The position numbers and the translations under genes were made by a program. The notes under the pieces were generated by a model. That model did not search any database. It was given only the letters and a program-made list of their open reading frames with translations, and had not been told where the DNA came from. Positions 51,013-57,853 of a stretch of 57,853 bases of DNA are shown one piece after another; position 1 is the stretch's first letter; every line of letters begins with the position of its first letter. Source of the stretch: an uncultured Gammaproteobacteria bacterium (GTDB taxonomy: Bacteria > Patescibacteriota > Microgenomatia > Levybacterales > UBA12049); the NCBI GenBank assembly GCA_964565795.1, contig CAZMGC010000002.1, positions 1 to 57,853 of the forward strand, given 5' to 3'.

Positions 51013-51885
51013 TTATTTTTTTATAAAAAGCTCAGCAGGAAAATTCTTAGATTTCTTAAATGTATAATCTGGATATAAAATTAAATATTCAAAATCAAAA
51101 TATTTTAATAGTTTTTCCTGAGAAACAAAAAATAAACACGTAGCTATTCCATCTGCTGTAACAGCATTTTTAGCAATTACCCAAGTCGCCAATATTTCAT
51201 CCGGAGATTTTAAGGAGTTGGCATTAATAATGTGATGAAATTTATCCCATGCTCGCTTATTTCCCGATGACGCAGCAATTGACTGATTTTTTATTTTTGC
51301 AATTCCAATTACCTGTTCGAAATTCCCAGGATGCTCCAGCCCAACGGACAATGATTTTTCATCATTTTTATAATAGATATCTCCCCCACCATCGATTGTA
51401 AAAGTATTTATATTATTTTCTAAAAGTAATTTTGCAATAATATCAATTAGGTATCCTTTTCCCAAACCTCCAAAATCTAAAATAAATGGCTTTTTAACTG
51501 TTAGAGTGGGATAGTCAAATGAATAAATTTCTGAAGACTTAGGAAGTTTCGTAATTTTTCCAGGCTTCAAGCTATAACCTGAATCATATCCGGCTTCATC
51601 AAGAGTTTTTCCAATCAAAAGAGTAAATGCTCCATTTGTAATCAGCTCAAGTTTTTTATAAAGAGAAAACAACTCTTTGGCGTCAGGCGGAAATTTATAC
51701 TCGCCTTTTTTCTCTGAAATTTTCCAAATTAAAGAATCCTTCCGGAATCTCGAATATATTTTATCAAACTCCTCAATCCTTTTAGAAATTATTGAAAGAG
51801 TTTTGCTCTGGGAGATTGGCGCATCAAAACAATCGATTACCCAATGGGTTCCGATTGCTTCAAATGCCAGATGAAAAGAATTCAT
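51013..51885 (-). CDS. apbE: FAD:protein FMN transferase (ApbE family)
   Basis: DFGGLGKGYLID and AASSGNKRAW blocks are present. Confidence 0.8.
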   Translation of the reverse strand: MNSFHLAFEAIGTHWVIDCFDAPISQSKTLSIISKRIEEFDKIYSRFRKDSLIWKISEKKGEYKFPPDAKELFSLYKKLELITNGAFTLLIGKTLDEAGYDSGYSLKPGKITKLPKSSEIYSFDYPTLTVKKPFILDFGGLGKGYLIDIIAKLLLENNINTFTIDGGGDIYYKNDEKSLSVGLEHPGNFEQVIGIAKIKNQSIAASSGNKRAWDKFHHIINANSLKSPDEILATWVIAKNAVTADGIATCLFFVSQEKLLKYFDFEYLILYPDYTFKKSKNFPAELFIKK

Positions 51886-51887
51886 AA

Positions 51888-52385
51888 TTAAGAACTAGCT
51901 TGAGCTTGTGCCTTAATTTCTTCAAGAGCCGTATTAAATCCAATTGGAGTTAAGCTTGAACCAGAGATTTTTCCAAGTTTTACCTCATCTATATTTTTTC
52001 CAACAACTTGTTCTTTATAGTTAGCGATGAAATCTTCTTGGATTTTCTTAGAGATTGGCGCTTTTGCTTGAGCAACTACATCCACATTTTCAATTACTCC
52101 ACCTTTAAGCGTAACAGTAACATCGATGGATTCTGTTCCTGAGTGATATGAATATTCTCCTACTGCTTCATATGTTCCATCTTTATAGTTTCCGGTCATT
52201 GCACCCTGTTCACTTGTTTCCTGTATCGTTCCTGTTGTATCTTGAGGAGTTTCTACCACTGCTTGCTCTTTATTTTTGGATAGAACCAAACCACCAATTG
52301 CAACTGCTGCGATAATAATAACCACCGCAATTCCAACCATAATCATGTTTTTGTTCATTCCAGTTTTTTGTGTTTCTTCTTCCAT
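51888..52385 (-). CDS. membrane-anchored FMN-binding-domain protein
   Basis: SD GGAGGTGA, a TM anchor, then GTYEAVGEY...GG.IENVDV and ISGSSLTPIGFNTAL (FMN_bind-like, flavinylation Thr/Ser context). Confidence 0.7.
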   Translation of the reverse strand: MEEETQKTGMNKNMIMVGIAVVIIIAAVAIGGLVLSKNKEQAVVETPQDTTGTIQETSEQGAMTGNYKDGTYEAVGEYSYHSGTESIDVTVTLKGGVIENVDVVAQAKAPISKKIQEDFIANYKEQVVGKNIDEVKLGKISGSSLTPIGFNTALEEIKAQAQASS

Positions 52386-52454
52386 TTACTCACCTCCAAT
52401 CTATAATTCAAGTTTATTTTATAATTTAATATCCGTTGAATTATAACAAATAAT

Positions 52455-53558
52455 TTAAAGATATTTATTGTAAAATTCAATTGTTTTCTCCATCGCCTCG
52501 GTAAAGGAAGAACCAGTAAAATTATGACCCCCACTCTGATATTCGATTAATTCATGAGGAATTGAAGTTTTATCCAAAATGTTATTCAAATTTCTACTAT
52601 ATCCAATATTTACCACGGGGTCATCAACTGTATGATTTAAGGAAATTGCACCGGTTATTCCATCTAAATAATTTGTGAAAGGAACTTGCTTCCAGAAGGG
52701 ATGATTTGGGTCAAACTGCCCATACATATCACTCAAACGTTGACGTCTATTTCTATTTATATTCTGATCAGACGGAGGACGGTAACTGTTATCATCAATT
52801 CCGTATTTTTGCATGTCTGAATATGTATAGACTGCTCCACCCCAAATCGCAATCGCAGAAATATCAGGTTGTGCTGCTAAGGCGCGCGTTATTACATTTC
52901 CTGCCATAGAATGTCCCCAAAGCCCAACTTTCTCGGGATTTACAAAATTTGAAACTTGAAGCGCTGCTCTAGCATTCAAAGTATCAACTATATAATCAGA
53001 GCCATAATACCCTCCACCCGCTTCCCCGTCACTTTCTCCATGCCCTCTTAAATCAATTTTAAAAACCACAAAGCCATTTCTCGCTAGATAATCTACGTAG
53101 GCGCTATAATTTCCTGTTGTCGTGTATGTAGAAGGAGGAATATAACCATGAACAAAAACGATAGCTGGCCACCCCCCTGCTGGTGCTTCTCCGCTAGGAA
53201 TCGTTAGTAAACCATTAATTTTAAATCCATCTGAATCATAAGAAGTTAAATAACTTGTGTAATTAGAATTCGTGGAATACTGTTCGCGTTCATTTAATTT
53301 ACTTTTATATTCTCTTGCACGAAGCGAAGGAATTGTCATTTCTGAAAATGGATATGGAGTTGGCGTTGGATTAACTGAAGAGGTTATATTGGAAATTTTA
53401 GATGCTGAATCTCCTTTTGAAAGAACAAAATAAAGTCCTCCAAAAACGAAAGCATTAAATCCTATTAAAGCTGCTAATAGAAGAATTATCTTCTTTCTCT
53501 TTTCGGTTGGTGTCAAACCTGGATCATTTGATACCTGAGGTGGCACTTTGTTTTCCAT
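52455..53558 (-). CDS. alpha/beta hydrolase (S9/dienelactone-hydrolase-like), membrane-anchored
   Basis: The nucleophile elbow is GLWGHSMAGN. Extended -10 TGgTATAAT (53567-53575) lies 8 nt from the ATG. Confidence 0.75.
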   Translation of the reverse strand: MENKVPPQVSNDPGLTPTEKRKKIILLLAALIGFNAFVFGGLYFVLSKGDSASKISNITSSVNPTPTPYPFSEMTIPSLRAREYKSKLNEREQYSTNSNYTSYLTSYDSDGFKINGLLTIPSGEAPAGGWPAIVFVHGYIPPSTYTTTGNYSAYVDYLARNGFVVFKIDLRGHGESDGEAGGGYYGSDYIVDTLNARAALQVSNFVNPEKVGLWGHSMAGNVITRALAAQPDISAIAIWGGAVYTYSDMQKYGIDDNSYRPPSDQNINRNRRQRLSDMYGQFDPNHPFWKQVPFTNYLDGITGAISLNHTVDDPVVNIGYSRNLNNILDKTSIPHELIEYQSGGHNFTGSSFTEAMEKTIEFYNKYL

Positions 53559-53605
53559 GAGTTAAAATTATACCAAAAAATCTAAGATATCTTTATTTAT
53601 TAAAA

Positions 53606-54760
53606 TTATTTATGGGATTTAAAAATTCTTAAGTAAACAAAAAAATTAAGAGATTGAAATATTTGAATTATTAAAAGAGCAACAACAGGTGATAATTTAT
53701 CTGCTACAAGTCCTACCAAAAATGCAACAATTCCAAAACATATACTTCCAAAGAATGAATCCAATGACCCCATCGTTGCTCTCTGTTCTTGCTTGAATTC
53801 TTTTTGCATAAGTGATGACTTTGCAACAACTGTAGTCCCATAAAAAAGTGACGTTGTTGACATTAAAACAGGAGTTAAAACTGAAGGAAAAATTGCCGGA
53901 ACAGTAGTTACAAATCTTGCCCATGCGTTCCCTGCTAGAAGCATTTTAAGCTCTCCAAATTTTTTAATTGTTCTACCACTAAAATGAAAACTAATTGCAG
54001 CACCAAAATAAGAAAATATCTTTGCGATTGGAATTGCCCAAGCTGGCCAAACAAGTGAATAAATCGCAGCTTGGAATTGAAACGATACCTCACCAAAGCC
54101 GTACCCTATAATCGAGGAGACACTTAAAAGCCTAAGTTTTGGATTATGTTTAAAAGCCAAAAGAGCTTCTTTTAAATGTAAATAAATATTCCCAGATTTA
54201 CTTGAGTGAACCTTGGGCTCAGTAAAAGCAAAAGAAAGAAAAAAACAGATTACTTGTGGTATTACAGAAAGCCAAACGAGTAGAGAAAAAGAACCCTTGA
54301 GTAAAAGTACAGCACCAATTATTGCCGAAAGACCAAGTGCGATTTGAGACATTTTACTAATCTTTCCATATAATTCTGCATATCTATGTTCTTCGTTATT
54401 TTCTGCTAAAGAGTCATGTATGAATGCGTCATTATTTCCACTGTAGAATGCATTGCAAAGCCCCATAAATATTGATCCAATCGCTAAAATCATGAATGAA
54501 CCCCCTATTGAATAAAAGATTGATGCAATTAATGCAAAAAATGATCCAAGTATTATAGTTTTATGTCTTCCAATTCTGTCAGAAAAAATTCCAGTTGGGA
54601 TTTCAAGAAAAGCTGAAGAAACAGTTATGATCGAGAATACGCTCATTCCAAGCGCATAAGAACCTGAAACCTGTGCAAAATAAAGTATTGCAATCGGAGC
54701 ATAGAATTTAAATTCCGTAAAAAAATTAAACCATGAAAAAAGATTTATATTCTTGTGCAT
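53606..54760 (-). CDS. MFS transporter
   Basis: About 12 TM helices with the GIFSDRIGRHK loop motif. TATAAT (54767-54772) lies 6 nt from the ATG. Confidence 0.8.
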   Translation of the reverse strand: MHKNINLFSWFNFFTEFKFYAPIAILYFAQVSGSYALGMSVFSIITVSSAFLEIPTGIFSDRIGRHKTIILGSFFALIASIFYSIGGSFMILAIGSIFMGLCNAFYSGNNDAFIHDSLAENNEEHRYAELYGKISKMSQIALGLSAIIGAVLLLKGSFSLLVWLSVIPQVICFFLSFAFTEPKVHSSKSGNIYLHLKEALLAFKHNPKLRLLSVSSIIGYGFGEVSFQFQAAIYSLVWPAWAIPIAKIFSYFGAAISFHFSGRTIKKFGELKMLLAGNAWARFVTTVPAIFPSVLTPVLMSTTSLFYGTTVVAKSSLMQKEFKQEQRATMGSLDSFFGSICFGIVAFLVGLVADKLSPVVALLIIQIFQSLNFFVYLRIFKSHK

Positions 54761-54778
54761 AGATGAATTATACTATTA

Positions 54779-55981
54779 TTACTCGTACCTTATTGCTTCT
54801 ATTGGAGAAAGATCTGCTGCTTTTTTAGCCGGGAAAACACCAAAGAAAATTCCAATTACCGATGAGATTCCGAGAGCAGCAACTACGGAAATAAAATTTA
54901 TTCCCGCAGGGAAAAAAGGTTGTATTAAAATTACAATTAATACTGCTATTAAAAGTCCTAATAAACCACCAAACACTGACAGGATAAGAGCTTGTACTAA
55001 AAATTGAAGCAGTATATCTTTTCTAGTAGCCCCTATTGCACGCCTGATTCCGATTTCTTTTGTGCGCTCTGTTACTGTTGCATACATAATATTCATAATT
55101 CCAATTCCTCCGACAATTAAAGAAATCGATCCGATTGCGATTAGAATATAATTAAGAATTGAAAAAATTTGAGTTACAATATTTAAAATTTCTGTCTGTT
55201 CTATAACCTGAAACTCATCCTCCTCATAAGATTTTAAAAAAAGTTCGTTTAAGTCTTTTTTAACCTGGGGTATTGATTCTTCGTTACTTGCTTGAACATT
55301 TATTTGTGTAAATTTTTTGTTAGGATTTAGAGAGTTGATTTTATAAGATACATAACTATAACTATCAAAAGTTGGACCTCCAAGACCACCGCCTCCTTTT
55401 GAATCAAGGACACCAACTACTTGGAAAATTTGATCAGATATTCTTATCTTTTTATTTATAGCTGATTCCTTTGATCCATATAAATCCTCAGCCAACTTTG
55501 GTCCTATCATTACTTTTTTAGCTCTTTTATCAATATCTGATTTTGTTAAAAGTCTCCCAGCTTCTGCTTTTAAATTAAGTACTTTCGCAACATCTTGATT
55601 TGTTAAAATTATAGTTGTAGACTTTTTTTCTCCATTTGCTTCTGCAATTGAAGATTTTTCATAAGTTGGTACTGCATATTTAACATTCGCTATTTTTTTA
55701 ACCTTAGCAACATCTTTTTCTTCAAATCTTTCCCCTATTGATCCAGGATCTTGAAATCCTCCACCATCAGCTAAAACTCTAGATGGTAAAACATAAATAC
55801 TGTTAGACCCCAGATTCTCGAACTGCTGCTCTATGTAATTTCTTAAACCAATCCCAAAAGCAATTAAAAGCACTACTGACAAAACACCAATTAAAATTCC
55901 TAAAGAAGTGAGAAAAGTTCTAATCTTATTTCTTTTGAAATCATCAATCGCTGAATCAAATAAAAAAATAAAGCGCTTCAT
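54779..55981 (-). CDS. ABC transporter permease, MacB/FtsX type
   Basis: An N-terminal TM, a large periplasmic domain, and a C-terminal FtsX block (ERTKEIGIRRAIGA). Confidence 0.85.
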   Translation of the reverse strand: MKRFIFLFDSAIDDFKRNKIRTFLTSLGILIGVLSVVLLIAFGIGLRNYIEQQFENLGSNSIYVLPSRVLADGGGFQDPGSIGERFEEKDVAKVKKIANVKYAVPTYEKSSIAEANGEKKSTTIILTNQDVAKVLNLKAEAGRLLTKSDIDKRAKKVMIGPKLAEDLYGSKESAINKKIRISDQIFQVVGVLDSKGGGGLGGPTFDSYSYVSYKINSLNPNKKFTQINVQASNEESIPQVKKDLNELFLKSYEEDEFQVIEQTEILNIVTQIFSILNYILIAIGSISLIVGGIGIMNIMYATVTERTKEIGIRRAIGATRKDILLQFLVQALILSVFGGLLGLLIAVLIVILIQPFFPAGINFISVVAALGISSVIGIFFGVFPAKKAADLSPIEAIRYE

Positions 55982-56649
55982 GAATCAATTATCTCCCCAT
56001 CTTTCATTTTTATTTGTCTTCTAGCTTCTGCAGCAATTTCCTTATCATGCGTAACAATAAGAATTGTAACCTTTAAATCCTTATTAAGTTCTTCAAGAAG
56101 TTTTAAAATTTCTGCACCTGATTTAGAATCAAGATTTCCTGTAGGCTCATCTGCTAAAATTAATTTAGGTTTCATGATAAGAGCCCTAGCAATCGCAACT
56201 CTTTGTTGTTGACCACCCGAAATCTTATTTGGTCTATAATTCCTGCGCTCAATTATCCCAAATCTTTGCAATAATTCTTCTGCTCTCTGATAAGGATCAA
56301 AATCTATTTTTGACTTAGAATATAATGCAGGCAAAACCACATTTTCTATTACCGATAGTTTATTAATTAAATTAAATTGCTGAAATATAAACCCCACATA
56401 TCTGTTTCTAAATTCTGACAGTGCATCGTCGGAAAGCTTTGAAACATCCTTTTCATCTAATAAGACTTTACCCGAAGTTGGTTTGTCTAAAAGACCAAGT
56501 ATATGCATCATGGTAGATTTACCGCAACCTGAGGGCCCTACGATTGATGCGAATTCTCCGTCTTTTATGGTTAAATTTATTTTCTTGAGGACTTTTGCAG
56601 TATCTTCGCCAATTTCATAATCTTTTTCTACATCGATTAGTTTAATCAT
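55978..56649 (-). CDS. ABC transporter ATP-binding protein (MacB/LolD-like)
   Basis: Walker A GPSGCGKST, signature SGGQQQRVAIARAL, and Walker B ILADEPTGNLD. Confidence 0.92.
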   Translation of the reverse strand: MIKLIDVEKDYEIGEDTAKVLKKINLTIKDGEFASIVGPSGCGKSTMMHILGLLDKPTSGKVLLDEKDVSKLSDDALSEFRNRYVGFIFQQFNLINKLSVIENVVLPALYSKSKIDFDPYQRAEELLQRFGIIERRNYRPNKISGGQQQRVAIARALIMKPKLILADEPTGNLDSKSGAEILKLLEELNKDLKVTILIVTHDKEIAAEARRQIKMKDGEIIDS

Positions 56650-57664
56650 AAACTACATCACCCTCATTTATTCCTTCAGTAATCTCAATATCCTCTTCTG
56701 TTTCTAGACCAGTTTTTATATATCTTTTTTCTTTATTTTTCCCCACTAGAACATAACTTCCATTTTCATCAGATTTAATGAATTTTGAAGAAACATATAA
56801 AGCATTTTCTTTCTCTCGAACTATAAATGTTGCATCTCCTGTCATTCCAATCCTAAAAGAAGGTATATCACCTGTGACAGAAACTTTTACTCTATAAACA
56901 GTCCCAGACTCATTTTCATCTGGAGTAAATGAAATACTTTCAATCTTTCCAGATATTTTTTTGCCCTCAAAAGCATCCAGAGAAATCTCACATTCTTCTC
57001 CTATATCTAGAGAGACTACTTCAGTTTGATCTGCGGAAACCGAAAAATATACGGTGTCAGGATTTACAATTTCAAATAAAACTGTCCCAAAAGTAATATT
57101 ATTTCCTACATAATAATTCGACTTACTAGCAACTATTCCCTTAAAAGGAGCTACTATCACTGAATCTCTTTTTGCGATATCTTTCAACTCTACCGCCAAT
57201 ACAGCCTTATCTAAATCATATTGATTATTTTCTAGAATTCTTTTAATCTCTGAATTCGCAGCATTTTCGGGAGTAGCATTCCCGTTATCTTCTTTAGTTT
57301 GTTCAAAATTATTCCTTTCCTTGGAATAATCCAGGAGTGAGGACTGTAAATTTTTTACGACAGAGAATTGATCGAGAGTTGCTAAGCTCTGATTTTTAGA
57401 AATTTCATCTCCTTCTTCCACACCTATCCAGCTAATCTTACCTGAAACTGGAAAAAATAAATTAGTTTTCTCGGTCGCACTTATCTCACCAGATAAAACA
57501 AGCTCTTCCTTTAGATTTCCAGACTTAACAATTGCAGATTCTTGAGGCGAAGAGTTTCTATTTCTTACTAAAAAACCAATACCAATCAGAGCAATTACTA
57601 ATAAAATTGCTAATATTTTTTTCTTTTTAAGAAATAATCTAATAAAGGCAGTCAATCGGGTCAC
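56642..57664 (-). CDS. efflux periplasmic adaptor (HlyD/MacA family)
   Basis: An N-terminal anchor, lipoyl/beta-barrel-like segments, and an overlap with the ABC ATPase gene. Confidence 0.75.
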   Translation of the reverse strand: MTRLTAFIRLFLKKKKILAILLVIALIGIGFLVRNRNSSPQESAIVKSGNLKEELVLSGEISATEKTNLFFPVSGKISWIGVEEGDEISKNQSLATLDQFSVVKNLQSSLLDYSKERNNFEQTKEDNGNATPENAANSEIKRILENNQYDLDKAVLAVELKDIAKRDSVIVAPFKGIVASKSNYYVGNNITFGTVLFEIVNPDTVYFSVSADQTEVVSLDIGEECEISLDAFEGKKISGKIESISFTPDENESGTVYRVKVSVTGDIPSFRIGMTGDATFIVREKENALYVSSKFIKSDENGSYVLVGKNKEKRYIKTGLETEEDIEITEGINEGDVVYD

Positions 57665-57771
57665 TTAATATAGAATAGCATTTTTTTGTAGCTAAATAAA
57701 TACAATTTTAAGTATTGAAATTAAAAGTAATTTAAAGCTAATTTATATGCTATACTTTGTCTGATTCTGAA

Positions 57772-57853
57772 ATGAAATTATTAAATATTGGATTTATAAT
57801 TCCCTCATATAATGAGTCACAAAACATTATTCTTCTTATTAATAAAATTAGAA
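57772..57853 (+). CDS. family-2 glycosyltransferase, N-terminal 27 codons (truncated by window end)
   Basis: MKLLNIGFIIPSYNESQNIILLINKIR is a typical GT2 N-terminus. Confidence 0.6.
   Translation, partial: MKLLNIGFIIPSYNESQNIILLINKIR

Noticed and set aside
1-57853. CRISPR arrays, transposases or IS elements, reverse transcriptase/DGR or retron, restriction-modification or other named defense systems, and prophage structural genes.
   Set aside because: There are no regularly spaced direct repeats. No ORF shows DDE, RT (YxDD), Cas, methylase, or capsid/terminase-like motifs. The only recombinase is the Xer-type enzyme at 4217-5164.
1-57853. UGA-recoded genetic code (code 4/25), as found in some CPR lineages.
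   Set aside because: Long conserved genes are intact under the standard code. TGA serves as the terminal codon of several well-delimited genes, for example 5439-5846, 10570-11349, 41346-41651 and 44764-44934.

Overview
This is a 57.9-kb, gene-dense, AT-rich bacterial chromosomal segment. Its style (small proteins, tiny intergenic gaps, many Nudix and salvage genes, a short RF1) suggests a Patescibacteria/CPR-like organism; that is inference only.

Backbone genes:
- Replication, translation and housekeeping: gyrA (3' part)-folD, a Xer-type tyrosine recombinase, yebC, an RluA-family synthase, efp, a NIF3-like gene, tRNA-Leu(CAA), dnaB, hisS, rpmE-prfA, rpsR-ssb-rpsF and ychF.
- Envelope and proteases: murB, htrA-like, ctpA-like and an M24 peptidase.
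- Transport and metabolism: an AI-2E transporter and a PRT-like/HAD/nucleoside-hydrolase salvage operon.
- Clusters at the right end: GT2/GH18/WbqC, an ApbE/FMN-bind/RnfD-FNR module, and a MacAB-type efflux operon.

I saw no rRNA, CRISPR array, transposase, reverse transcriptase or phage structural gene.

Most notable observations:
1. Near-consensus sigma70 promoters sit with the -10 box only 6-10 nt from the start codon at about 29 genes, which implies leaderless mRNAs.
2. Visibly G+C-richer accessory genes of unknown function lie at 5.4-7.2 kb, 26.6-26.9 kb and 38.9-46.1 kb. They are packed as single-gene units, each with its own promoter filling a roughly 40-nt gap. They include two paralogous sigma-region-4-like proteins, a reused 23-nt promoter element with orphan antisense copies, and shared C-terminal tails.
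3. A 981-bp ORF-free region (7158-8138) holds iteron-like TTAGCYT repeats, nested inverted repeats and a perfect DnaA box. It lies next to a xer gene that has a 30-bp perfect palindrome upstream.
4. gyrA and hisS each carry a single in-frame TAA at a conserved position.
5. A promoter/terminator/antiterminator leader precedes the salvage operon.

All calls rest on reading the sequence and the ORF track. No searches were run.
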